DNA of 64,000 bases, from the NCBI GenBank assembly GCA_964187785.1, contig OZ076409.1, positions 77,254,001 through 77,318,000 on the forward strand, read 5' to 3'. Each line of letters starts with the position of its first letter. Position 1 is the stretch's first letter. Source of the DNA: Amphiscolops sp. MND2022. Its lineage: Eukaryota. A program made the position numbers and the translations under genes. Shown here piece after piece: positions 34,701 to 48,000 of the stretch. Under the pieces are notes generated by a model, which was not told where the DNA came from, ran no database searches, and worked only from the letters and a program-made list of their open reading frames with translations.

Positions 34701-37590
34701 GCCAGGCAGTCAGAAGGGTTTGCAACGCAGCCTCAAAGTTCAAGGGAATTTCATTGAATGATGAACTGTTTTTTGGATCTGACTTATTGCGGAATTTAGT
34801 TGGAATTTTTTTAGTATCAGAGAACATCAGATAGCAATCACTGCCGATATAGAGTCTATCTATGTTTTACAAGTAGCAGTTCGAAAGGAAGAATGTAGAG
34901 TTTTACGTTTCTCTGGCGTGACAAGCCAGATGATAGCATTGGAAAATTTGAGTACAATAGGCAGTTGTTTGGAGCAAAGAGTTTTTCAACGTCTGCCAAT
35001 TATGGTTTCCAACAAAAGGGCGGAAATAACATAATGGCGTTTCTTGTGGCAGCCGCTACACTAGACAGAAACTTCTAAATGGACGACCTTGTCAAGAGTG
35101 TTGATACGCCACACCTTAGAATGTTATCAGCAATTGGTGGAAACACTAAAACTCAGTGGTTTCACATCGAAGCAGTGGGCGAGCAATTGCCCTGAAGTGC
35201 TTGAAATTTTTCCTTCAGACGATCAGTTGGATCCTAATGATTTTACATTGAGTGCTAAATCATCACCCATCCTAGGTCTGGAATGCCTCGAAAATGCAGA
35301 TACTTTTCAAGTCTGTCGAGGACCAAGCAAAGAATGTCCACAAGAAGTAACGCAACGAGTGATGTTAACGTTTGTTTTGTCGGTAATTGATTCCATAGGA
35401 TTCTGTACACTGTTTAGCATGCGAAAACGTTACGGTCAGTGAAGAATCTGACTGTCATTGAAGATGAGCAAACTTCTCCGAGTTGCTAAAAGAATTGAAG
35501 ACAATTAGGCAGACTTCTTTTCCTCGGAAGTATTTTTCCAATATCCCCAAGAACGTGCAGTTACAAATTTTTGGTGATGCCCAAATGGAAGCAATATGCA
35601 TTGTTGCATGTTTTTGAGCAGAAACAAAAGATGGCATCGAAGTGTCCTTTGTATTAGGTATATGAAGAATAGCTCCTATCACACAGGTGTCTATTCCACT
35701 TTTTGGGCTACTTTTTGAGCTACTCTTTTGGTATTCCGTGAGTTTGAGAAAATTGAATGATCGAGACTACGATTTACCAATCAAAAGTGTTACTCATTGG
35801 ACAGATTCCGTTTTTGTTTTGCAATGGTTAAACTCAGCGGACGAAAAGCAGTATGTCTTTGTTGCCAACAGAGCAGCTGAAATTCTGAAAAGTCCACAAT
35901 TGACGAATGAAAATTTATCCGAGTTTAGTTGAATCCATCTGATATTGGAACTCGTGGATAACCATAGAGAAGTTATCCGAAAGTGATTGGTTAACCGGAC
36001 CTTTTTGGTTGAATGACCATCCCGATGACTGGCGTTTACCTTTGCAGCCCTTCAATGTGGGTTCTCATTATCGTGCGAAGTTGCAGTAACTGTGAACACA
36101 AGTATGACTCAGGAGCCACCAATTTATTGGAATAAACTCCGTAGTGTCTCAGTATGGGTCCGTGTTATCGCGTTTTGTTCGCGCCTGAAGTATAGAATTC
36201 AATCTGAAGACTCACTTGTTGAAGAACTGAACCGAGCAGAAGAATGAGTTTTCAAAATGATTCAGCGAGCATCTTTCGCGGAACTTTTCAGTGAAAAGGA
36301 AAAATTCGGTAAAACTAAAAAGGAGAGAGTCTATCAAAATTTGCACCCTTCTTCGATAAAAAAGTAGTTATCAGAATTAGCGGTCGCATCAATCAAGCTA
36401 ATTTAAGCTTTGAACAACGTCACCCTGTATTTTTCCTACGAAACGAAACACGACCTGGTCATAACCATGTTTCGAGATCCACACTTGGAATACAATCATG
36501 AAAGTGTAGAGTATGTGAGAGGGGTTATTCAGCGGAAGTTTTGGATAATAGAGTTACGAAACGTTTTGAGGAGTATCAAAACTAGTTGTGTCTTTTGTCG
36601 CAAATTTCGTGCACAAAATAAAACTCCACTCAAGGTCAATTTACCCCAGAGAGATTTGATTATCAGTCATACCCGTTTACCAACGTTCGGGTGATTTATT
36701 TCAGTCTAATTGAAGTTAAAGTGTCACAAAGATCTATGATACGTTGGTGCTGTTTATTTACATGTTTAACTAACAGAGCATTACACATCGAAGTGGTCCG
36801 AAGCCTCGACAAAGACTCTCGCTTGCTAGCAGTCAACAGATTAATTGCTAGACGTGACAAGCCAACGACTATCCTTAGCGATAACGGTACTAACTTCGTT
36901 GGATCTGCGAGAGAAATGAATGAGTACTTTAACTCGTGGAATCATGACCAAATTACGTCAGAGTTGGCTCAAAAGCACGTTGTATGGAAATTTAACTCTA
37001 CTGAGGCGCCACAGTTTGATTGAGTAAGGGAGAGATTGGTTAAAAGCTGCAAAGAAGGAATGGTGGCTATATTGAGTATTCGATCTCTCATTGAAAAAGT
37101 TTTGTTAACAACTATGTGCTTAGTGGAACAAACATTGAATGCGCGTCCTACTACTTCAGCAAGCGATGATCCCGAAGCATTTGAAGCACTTACATCGAAC
37201 CATTTCATTCTGGGTCTTGCAAATGTTTGTGTTCCAGTTGTTCCGAACGCAGAGGTTTTTGGTAATCATAGAAGGATGTTTATGCCGAGCCACGTTTATG
37301 CTGACATGATTTGGAAGCTATGGGTTAAAGAATACCTTCCTCAGAACAATGTGAGAGCTCAATCGAGCATATCAGAACCAAATCTATAATTTGGAGATCT
37401 TGTTTGGTTGATAGAAGACAATGTAAAACGGTCACACTACAAGATGGCTCGCGTCTTGGAAGTATACCCTGGAAATGATCGTATTGTGATGTCAGCATTG
37501 ATCAAAACTGTCGATGGAACCGTGAAACGACCTGTGGGTAAACTGGCTCCAGTTTTTGAAAAACATTTCCAAGCTGAAAACAGTCCCCGT
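31780..37590 (+). pseudogene. BEL/Pao gag-pol remnant
   Basis: Fragmented ORFs 31832-37743 carrying the BEL motifs listed above, with deletions in the protease and RT regions. Confidence 0.85.
32583..32716 (+). repeat. 66-bp perfect tandem duplication in BEL gag
   Basis: TCTTACGGAAGTTGCTCCTCG...GTGGACCTC occurs twice. Confidence 0.95.
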
Positions 37591-38398
37591 AGACCATTTT
37601 TTTTGAAAAACATGGTTTTCGCCAGAGGGTCCCCCTTCAGTTTTCTGGTGTTTTGCAACAATGGATGTTTGAAAATCCGAAAGGTCCCCTGGCGCGCCAC
37701 TTTGCTCCAACTTTTGCGTTTTTCAGGCACTATAAAAGAATAATTGACACTTTGAAGTGCTTTTGCTAATTTTCGGCTTTTGGTAAGAACTGGTAATTTG
37801 AATTCTTCTGACGTCTCTCGCATTACACAGGAATGAACACCTATCGGAGCATTTGGACTTCCTCATCGGAAATTGTGTCTTTAAAATCAGAGTCACCGAG
37901 AATCGGCAAACAATTCTGTTATCATTTGATTTTTTCTATTGTTATTTTTGGTATTCCTGTGCGGTATTCCTGGTAGATGACGACGTTCTGCTTGCAAGAT
38001 ATGGTATAAGAAGTTCGAAAGGAAAACAAATTTAGTGTGAACATCGTTTGAATATCGTTTCAAAGTGATATATTTGAATCCCATAAGAATTCAAATGACA
38101 ATAGGTTTGATGAAGGCATAGTTGACTATGATTATAGCGAAACGGTTAGGACTTTTGAGGCATTTTGCAAGGCAGGGGTTATACAAAATTGATTTTTATA
38201 CAAAAAGCCTTCTACGAATCATTTTTGATCACTAAAACAATAAGCTTTGTGAACAATAACGTTTGTGACATAAGCGTTCCAGTCATAAACGTCTCAGGAA
38301 TTGAGGTGAAAAGTCAGAACCAAACAGTCAAAACGCGAATGTCGATAGCACATTCAAAAAGGACAAGTGAGAGCTTTCAGTTCGTTTTTCATAGCAGT

Positions 38399-40551
38399 TG
38401 TCGGAGTACTCGTTACTCGGTCCGGGAACATCAATATGTTCCGGGATCGAAACATCTTGCAAATTTCCGTCTCTAGAGCTAAGATAGTTAGGCTCTAGTG
38501 GTGACGAATTAGACAAACTATCTACTTTCGCCAATAAGTTCTCTATCAATTTAAGGATTTCCCTCTGACAGTGTTCAGTGTCTCTTAAACGCTTAGACAC
38601 TTTGTTCTCAACTTTACTGGATATATCTTCGAAATCTTGCTCTGAGATACAATTGTTTTCGTCAGTCTGTCGACTAGACTCTTCAGCTAACTCATGACCT
38701 TCAGGCGGATCTCTCCTCAATTTTTTTCTGAGATCTTTCTGGCATATTGATGGAAACTTTTAGGCTATCAAGATTTAAATTAATCAATAAGTTCTAACAA
38801 GTCGAGAAATTCTGACGACCTTTTAGCAATTATTTCAGAATAGACAAGTTCGCTCAATCAGGATGAACAACAAAATGTAAACAATTCGAAGTTAATGAAA
38901 TAACAAACAAGGTTGGGACAAGTTTCAAAAGGTGATCACTAATGATTTCAAAGATGCGGTTATTTCAAAAATAAAACTGCTTCAAGTGAGTCTCATCAAA
39001 ACAAAATTCAACAACTAACAATCTTAACCAGCGTCAGGTATATGTATACTTTCCGCTAGGCACGCGGGATAAATCCCGAGCGTGAACTCACACCTCGTTC
39101 AACTCGGCTTCCTTCCAAAGCGATAAAAATCCGAATTAGGAAAGCTTCCTCAGGGTTCGGCATTCGGCTTCGTGTCACTTTAAGAAAAGTGGGAATTCAT
39201 TTCCTGCCGAATTCCTGATTTCGCATTCCTTCTCCTTCATCTTCCGCGAATTTGTGACGCCGAGTTCAAAGTTGGCAATGAAAGTTCATAGACCTAGCAA
39301 CTGACGCGTGAAAAGTAACAATTTTACAACGAAACAAAATGGGAATCAATCACAAATATCACAAAATATGAAATAAGTTCTTTTTCCAAGTTAAATATTA
39401 ATTGAATACTGCTCAGAATCAACATTTTCACACTGATTAATTATCTTGGTCGCACTTCTGATAAATCGTTCTAGTTTAAGTCGACCGAACGGTTGACGAG
39501 AGTGTTGACTCAAAAGTGTTTGAACAAATTTCACTATTAGAAGAACGTTTAACAAAACAGTATATTAGAATTGTTAAAGCGTGACAAGGGAATGGTAATA
39601 CCGCATTGATTAGTGTAAATAGCGTACATCTTCAACTCAAACGGTTCCATCATTTCTGTGGAAGGGTAAACTCTAAATTATCGGGGAGGTGACTGGGGTA
39701 TCGTTCTGGATTCAAACAAATGTATTTCACACTTGCTATTTCATAAATAGTATTACGACACATTTCATCACATTTCATCGTTTTAACTTCTTACGAAGTC
39801 AGTTAGATCCGTATAATTATTGTTCATTGAACATTGATCGTAATGAATCTTTATGACAGCAATATAAGCAACCGCGAATTAATTTCGAAATTGTTCGGTT
39901 GGACGGTTGCCTGGGTGGTCGACTTCAAATTAGTGTTATTAAGTCTGTTCATAGCATCAATTTCACATCATTATGTAATTATTCCATCGTTTACATGCAT
40001 ATTCTATCGTATTTCAGCTTCTTTTAAGTTGGGATTGTATTACAGTTAGCACAGAATGTTGATCATCTAAATCATTTTATTAATTATTCAGTCGAGCGAC
40101 TGGGCGGTAGTCCCAGTTTTTGGTCGACTGCAGAGTTGACTAAGATGACTACACAGCTAACGCTGTTTATTTGCGCTAATCGCTGATTGGTTGATTTATG
40201 AGAGAATGAAAATCGTTTCGTTTAGCTCCGCTGTTTTTGGGACAGTAAGCTAGTCGGTGTGCTGGTTGGATTAATTTCACTCATCGCACCGGTCATTTTA
40301 CTGTAAACAAATTGTCTATATAGCACTTAATATTATTTAAGTATTTACATATTGATGTATTTTAGGTACTGCACTGGGATCAATTTTTTAATATTATTTA
40401 AAAAACTATTTAGTTGTTCTCTATGTTAGTGGTTGTTTGTTGGTTTAGTTCTTTCGGGTTCTCATGCTGATGTTCCGGTCATCTTCTCCACTTTCTTCCT
40501 CAGGCGTTCTCAACTGATCTATTTCCTCACAGTACCGCTGGGGCTGTGACA
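38399..40551 (-). mobile_element. Solo LTR (2153 bp) of a third long-LTR family
   Basis: Minus strand TGTCACAG...CTCCGACA with perfect TSD GCAGT (38394-38398, 40552-40556). A coiled-coil-like ORF from ATG 38745 (MPERSQKK, frameshift in an A-run, then RRDPPEG...NEYSD) is open to the LTR end. Confidence 0.88.
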
Positions 40552-42584
40552 GCAGTCGGCATAGCACTCACTTGCAAAGCTTTTGTTGTTCTGTGACTTT
40601 TTAGAAACGATGGCAGGTTGGATTCTTGAACGTGCTTCAAGACGAAAGAATTGAGAGCCAAAAATCTATTGCCGACATCCAGAGATTACGTAATCATTAC
40701 TAGCAGTTGTGAGCAAAATTGAAAATGGATGGGATCGGAATGCAGCAACGTAGCTTTGGTAGTTGTTCGCATAACAATGTTTTTTTTTCGTCGTCCAATC
40801 AGATTTGAGGGCTTCATATTTGTTCTTGAAACTCGTTCCTGCAACACCCTATCACCCTTTAAACTTAACTCAATGTTACGTAATCGAAAAAAAAACAACT
40901 GCGAATTAACAGCACCGCAACGGCACCGTTGAATGATTGTAATATTCAATGTTAGTTTAATTAGAATAAGCTATTACGAACTTCAAAAACTTTATAACAT
41001 TACATAGAATAGTATATTCTTAGTGAAGTTTATTTGATAGAGTAATTGTAAATATGACCGCATGCATGAATTGGGTATTTTTATAAAAAGTTCAATTTAG
41101 TTAAGTCGATACATACGTTTTTTTTCAGAAAACTGTCTTTTAGTAAAGACTATTGAAAATATTGACCGCTTTTCAACGTTATCGCAAAGCTTGAAAGCAT
41201 ATTCATTCATGATGAAGACATCTCTTCCATATTTGGCAGGTGTCACAGTTGCCAAAATAGATGTTTATCAATCCTTGAATCATATGTGTTTTTATCCTTA
41301 TATTATTATTATATTTTCACCATCCATAACTAGTTTTTAGCATATGAAATTTGGGAACAGTCTGTTTCTTCTCGTAGTGATTTGATTATTGAAAATGGGA
41401 TTGACTTGGAGATAACGAAAATTACTGATTGATCTGGAAAATAACTTGCTTGATCGGAGCAATCGAATTTCTTCGAATCCAGAGAGAGGGCTGTTCAATA
41501 TGAAGATTAGATGTTGCTCAACTGAAATTTCCATGATTTTTAAAATTCTTTAAACGCAGTTCAACAACCGCAGCAAATATCCGAAAGAATGATTTTTGTT
41601 GAAATTCTGATTAATTCATGAAATAAAATTAAAGTTGACGAACTCAACCTTTCTTCTAGAAATGTCAGCTGACATTTCACAAGTTACCACCATGAGCGTT
41701 GAAAACGAATGTGAATTGATTTCGAAGAAAGACAAGTTATTCTACTTTAAAAATCAATATCTTCACGCACCGTTTGTCAATATGCAGAATCCCGACGAAG
41801 GTTTACTCAATTTCGAAAAACTCTCCTGTCATGACTGTCAATTATTGATTTTTCAAGACAACCTTGAGCACGTAAAAGCATAATAAAATACCCCAACCAA
41901 AAATATAATTTTGTTTTTTTTTTTCAAAACCAAATGATATGGATAAACAGTGATAAGAAGGTCAGATAAAATATAACTGGCAGCAAGTGTTGCTGAATTA
42001 TTTCTTATGATTGCATTTATAAGATTGAAAATCCTGATATTAGAACTGAAAACCGTCAATGCCCAAGCTGTTTAAAAATGGATCCCTTCAAGGGGCATTT
42101 GAAGGACCTTGTATGTAAAGCATTTTTTCTAGGTCTATACATACCACCTGAGGTCCTTCAGTGGAACTTCGGAGGAATAACTGTTTTTTTTTTCGCGGGA
42201 GCTTCAAAAGAAAGCATTTTTCGTAGTAAAGGTAATAAAGTTATGATGACATAGTGCGACCAAAAAAAAAGAGTCAAACGTTCATTACTCGTCAAAAATT
42301 CTGCAATCACAGCTACGAAAAAAAATGGTTGGAAACATGACTTCATATTTTCAAGAAGCTTTCAACTGCGTGTTTAACCCCCTTATTTTGTGAAAGTTAA
42401 ACGGATCGCCGAGGAAGTTGAGGTGAACACAAAAGCCAGCACTGTGAAGTCAGAAAACAAAATACAAGTCTGTGCGTCTGAGTCAAAGACTTATTTTTTG
42501 CGCACATTTGACTCTTAAGAATTGTTGCGTGTGGGTGAGTGTTCGCGTAATCTTTTCAACGGTCAGTCCCCCATTTATAGGTCA

Positions 42585-44637
42585 TGGATTTCCCAACATG
42601 ATTCATCCATTATTCATCCATGACTCATGGGTTCACCAAGCCGAGAATCATTCCATGATTCATGGATGATCATGGATGATCATTGATGATTAGCCATGAT
42701 TGAATGTAATACAAAAATCGCCATGAATGATTAGCCATGATTCGAATGAAATGATCTTGGATTGTCCTACAAAATCCTGCTACCTCTTGAATTTCTTGAT
42801 AAGATCTTCTAAAGTCTTGCTTCTTCCAAAAAATCTTGATTTTTTTGACAAGAATCTTGCCAAAGTTCTTATCAACAAATCCAGGAGGTGAAAATTTTGA
42901 ATATTTCAATATTCAGTGCAATTTCACAAATTGTTGAGCTAGGCCTGTTTACAGTAATTTGGGCCATGTTATGGAAAAATTTGTAAAATTTACCGTTTTC
43001 TCAGCAAATTTACGGCCAATTTCAGAGACCATTAGTCTGCAATTACCAATTCTGCAAATTTTCAATATTATTATATGATCAATTTTGGGTCTGGAACATG
43101 TAATTATTAGATCCCAAATCCATACTAATTGGAACATATTTTCAATCCTTTTAGATCCTTTTGCTCATTTTAGATCTGAATTGGCAATTGTTAGAGCAGA
43201 TTTCATTGCTTTTCCAACCTCATATGTATCTTTTGGATCTTTCATGATCAGTTTTGAGCCTGAAACTTGTAGTTTTTAAATCGTTATTCTGTAACAAGCC
43301 GGGAACGGCCCAAGTCGACGTCATATCTAGGGCTCAAAAATAGCAAAAGGTCTTCAATGTGTCAAGTATTCTCTTGTACCCAAAAAACCTAAAAGTTGGA
43401 CCAAATTGGCGCGCTAAAAGGGGAACATTTTACAAGGGTAAAGATAAAAATTTACCGAAAAAAAAGTCTCACAATGCCGAATAAAACTGAAAGGGGGCCT
43501 CTTTGGGATTTTACAATATCCATTTTGTCGCAATATATCAAAAAATTGAGGGGAATACCCTTTGGAGAGAAAAACATGTTTTTCGAAAACAAAGTCTCAC
43601 GATGCCGACAAAACTAAAATAGAGGACCCTTTAGTCTCGCCTGGTATTGTATGTTATATGCGAACTTTGAAAACGTTATATCTGAACTTTGAAAACGTTA
43701 TATCCGAACTTTAAAAACGTTATCTTCGGAAAAAAGTTGCATAGTGCCGAAAAAAACCAACTTTTGGAAGCATAATAAAAAGTTTGTGGTTTAGTGCGAG
43801 ACTCGAACCCACGCTCTCTTGCCTCTCAAACCCCAAAAATCCGGGTAAACCTCTCAGTTAAGAAGTTGAACAAATGAAAAAAAAGTGGACCGATCGCGTT
43901 GAACTGACGAAAAAAAACTAGCCACTGTAAGAGTCGGGATTTTCTTCGAAAACGCCGACTAAAAATTGGATCTGTTTTTCGATCCTTCCAGATCATAACT
44001 TTGCTTACTCAAATCTGAATTGGCAATTGTTAGAGCAGAATCCAATGATTTTCCAACTTCAGCTGCATTTTTAGATCCTTCATGATAAATTTTGGGTCTG
44101 AAACATGTATTTTTTAGAACCTCGATACATACCAATCTTGTTTGCAATCCTTTTGGATCATGATTTTGCTTAATTCAGATCTGAATTTGCAATTATGAGA
44201 GCCAAATTCAATGATTTTCCAACTTCAGCTGCATTTTTCGATCTTTCGTGATCAGATTTGGGTCTGAACTTTATTTTTAGATCGTAATTCCATAATGCTG
44301 GATATTTTTGGATAATTTTTTACTCATTTGCCGAGATTTCTGAAGGTTCTATGATGACTGAGGTTCTAAACGGGAATCTTGAATCCTCTTGCACTTTCTT
44401 GCCTATTCTTGATTTCTCTTGAAACTCATGATAAGAATCTTGGAATTTCTTGAATTTCTTGGTACGATCTTGCAAGATCTAGCGAATACTTGGATTTCTT
44501 GGTAAGAGTCCTGGCAAGATTCTTACCAAGAGATCCAAGAGTATCCAAGATTCTTGTCAAGAGTTCCAAGAAGTTTTACACTGGGATGCCATGAAAAAGC
44601 CATGATCATGGATGAAAGGTGGGTTGTCCACCTGGGT
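42585..44637. repeat. Nested short-unit repeat elements (CCATGA-rich outside, TCTTG/CAAGA-rich inside, degenerate longer units in the centre)
   Basis: CATG-rich blocks at 42585-42745 and 44587-44615; TCTTG-rich blocks at 42755-42880 and 44375-44575 (also 55195-55400); repeated AGATCTGAATTGGCAATTGTTAGAGCAGA units at ~43170, ~44010, ~44175. Confidence 0.55.
43293..43965 (-). mobile_element. Helentron/DINE-1-like non-autonomous element
   Basis: Reverse copy with head AGTCGGCG..CCCGACT and tail ..CGACTTGGGCCGTTCCCGGCTTGTT. Contains a 23-bp unit x3 at ~43662-43725. Confidence 0.75.
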
Positions 44638-45094
44638 TCTTCTCGCATTCAATGTATATTCACATAATGACAAATTTATATTTTCAATTGCCTGATTGAT
44701 GAAGTTGAAAACAAATTTGTACCGTGGTTATTTGTTTTTAGCATTGGCGTTGCAAGGTTTGTCAGCAATCATACTAGATACCTTGAACATCCGGTTTTTA
44801 GCAAAATTTCAAAATATAGTATTCATTAGCCATATCGTTCACACCTGTATCAGCTAGTTTGACTTTAGGTGGTTTTTGAATTTTTCTGGTTTGGACCTCG
44901 AGAAGTAAAATTAATTTGAACCATTTTACATTTATTTCAATGCGAATTTGAATGGAATTATCATTGTGAAAAATAAACGGCTTTGGAATAAATGTATATG
45001 TGACCGTGTAATTACTAGATCAACATGAACCAACATGTTTTCTGCTTTTGCTTTTTCAAATTCAATTCAATCGAGGATATGATAAGTATTGCAG

Positions 45095-48000
45095 AACAAT
45101 CTCAGTACTCTAGCATTCAGTGCCTGTAATTACAATGCTTCTCTCCAGGAAGACGTGAAGACAAAGCACCTAGACAGATTAGCCGATCAAATGTTCAGCG
45201 CAGGTGTTGCAAATTCTAAGAAAGGCATACCCCCCGTGCAGACTTTCCAATCAGCATCCCCAGTCATCAATGCAGTCGGAGCCCCCCTGTCTCACTCCCC
45301 TCTGACGTCTGCACAGTATAGGGTGTCTTCAAAAGCGGTGCTAGAGGAACACCCTTCTTTGGGAGTGCTTAGAACAGTGGAGCCGCCTATCAATTTTTCA
45401 TCGCGCAGGTATTTCCACGATTTGAATTCTCGATGGGTTTTCGCTTGGAGCTAAGGCGGCAACTTTGTTCAAAATCTTGCAATTGCCATTGAAGTTATGC
45501 AAAAAAGTTGCAAAATAGTAGAAAATATAGCTAGCGGACAGCCATGCTTACCTTTGATTTTTAACTTTTTTCCTTTATTTTCCTTTATCATTGGGTACAT
45601 ACTTCTCATTTGCGCTCAATTTTTTTTTGTATTTTTTGCAGACGGCAAGGTTCTTGGTTTACCAATTTCTTCTGGAAGCGTTTTTAAAAACATGAATCGA
45701 TGGTTAATTCAAAAGTGATTTACTTTTAGTGTTTTGTTTTCGTCATGAAAATATGATCAAACAAAACAAAGTGATGCCAGCTTCTCGTTACACTGATACT
45801 TTTCGCCCATCTTGCATATGAAAGAAAAACTGAAAATCTTTCGACCGCATTTTTCCCATTTTACACTAAAATTTTTTTTACAAACGTGTATTTATGGAGA
45901 TATTGGAAATCTTTTTAGAAAACGCGACAAATTGAAAATTGTTTTGAAATGCCCGCCCAAATGCCATTTTTGACAGTTTGGTGCAATTTCTGTAAATTTT
46001 TTATTGCATAGTTTTTGGAAAATCCACATAGTTCAATGGAAAACAATCAGCATACTTCTCAATGAAAAATTGAATTTTCGGGAAAGTGCCTAAAATGTAC
46101 CAAAAAGTGTCAAAATTTACATTGACACAGATTTTAAACTTACAGTTGGGTTTGAATAGGATCTCTATTTGGTATGAAAAGTGGGCCTGTATCTTTGGAG
46201 GTTGTTTTTCGTCACAAACGACCAAATGAATTGAATCATAACATTATAATATATATATATTTGAAAATAGAGTTTCGTCATATATATTATAAGAATCTCG
46301 AGTTCAGGTGTTTTAGTTTTCTAAAAAATTATAGCAAACGATGTAAGTTCTCTATAAATTCACCCTAGCATTTACGCACCAGTGGCCTCAGTCTGAATGA
46401 ATTTCAATTTCAAGCAATCTTCATTTTTGTTTCAGTAAATTCAGCGGAACCCATCATCTGTTATACCTCAAAATAAACACCGAAGATGGAAACAACGTCG
46501 CTCCGCAGAATTCCCCAGTCTCAACTGAACCAAGTTAGATTTTCAGTCAGATAAGATTTATACAATTTTTTTCAAGCGCTTTTTCAACACTGCAATAATA
46601 CAAACATACTGTTTAATCCATTGAACAATCGATTGAAAACCTAAATCTCTTCATAACATTCTCTTCGAAGGTTTCAAACGTTCAACCGCTACTCTCGAAA
46701 CACGCTTAACATGAAGTTTCGTCGAAAAGTTTGATTAACTTGTTAGGAGTAATTGGTTTTTATTATCGAAGTACTAACAAGTACAGTGTAAGTATTCAGT
46801 AGTTTTGACAAGCGATACCAGACGGGTTGAAAATAATTATTGAATACGTGTTCGCCTTTTCCTTTTCGCTACGTTACTGGATTGGCAGCCATAAAATGGT
46901 TCAAAATCTTTATTTTGTGTAAAATTTTATTTGAAATACCACGTGACATCTTTTCTAGTGATCAATGAAGCTTCTCAGTTCATAACGTGAGTTAATGTTT
47001 TTCACAGATCGGGCTTTGAATCATCAGAATTTTGGTCAGCATATAAATTCGTCGTCTTCAGAACCTCAAAAGCCCGAAGATCTCTCAACATACCCAACAA
47101 CAGACCGATCTGACTGGTCTGAGCGCAACCCGCCTTCGCCCGAAGTCTCAGACTTCTCTTTAGACTCAGATGAAGAAAACATGAATTTCTGCCTGAGAAA
47201 CATGGGCAACCTAAACGTCGAAATACGTCATCAAAACACTGCTCGTGACTCAAGATCAAGCGAGCTGAGGTCACGTGATTTGGAATTACGCAACTCAGAG
47301 AATGTGAAGCCGAAGCGATATGTCGAAATGTTCATTCCGAGAGTTGAACAGGATACAGACATGGAAGCAAGTAGAGAGAAGATGAAACCTCACGTTGTTG
47401 CATCCGATAACGCAATAGATGATGACGTAAGCAAAACTATAGCCAGAGATGCTTCTTTCAATCCGGAAGGAGATGAAGGCGAGTATGACGTCACTAATGA
47501 TGGGGAAGATGGCGGGGAGTTGGAGTACCAAAAAGGTTATGACTGGTAGGTGTATTTTTATGTGCAAGCTTCAAAGACTGTCTCTGGACAACAGAAATGC
47601 TAAAACACAATCTCTGACGCCACTCTGCTCCAGAGCGATAGCCACTACCCCCCCCCATTGAGCTAACCGGGCCCTGTTGCAATCTTTTTAATGACCATGT
47701 GCGCAAATGTATTAGACCCTCTTCCCATCAATAGTTCATTGACATGGGGCAACTTTGTTTGACTTGGGGCATAAAATACTGTTTTCCCAACTCAAAATGA
47801 TCAAAAGATAAGAAGATAAGAGAAGGAACTAAAAGAGGGTCCAATTCACAGCTGATTTAGTTGTGATTCACAGGCGGTTGATACTAAAGTTACAAAACAG
47901 CAACAGTCGCTGCATAAGACTGTTTTGGACCAGCGGTACCGATCTTGGATAGTATTAAAACAAAGAGTTCTCCTAGAGATAAAACTGGAGATAATTCCCA

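Larger units (their letters stand above)
30043..37590 (+). mobile_element. Decayed BEL/Pao LTR retrotransposon, 3' LTR missing
   Basis: Starts TGTTGCAG at the break in the host repeat. tRNA-His-like PBS CGGTGCCGCGACCCGG at 31693. BEL knuckles CFCCL..DCKSERVCEVNGCTKKHNSLLH; ILGQDA; TALGW; NF*MDD; FGDA; WTDS; FVANR; LFTCLTNRALHIE; SDNGTNFVG; KRPVGKLAP. Confidence 0.88.
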
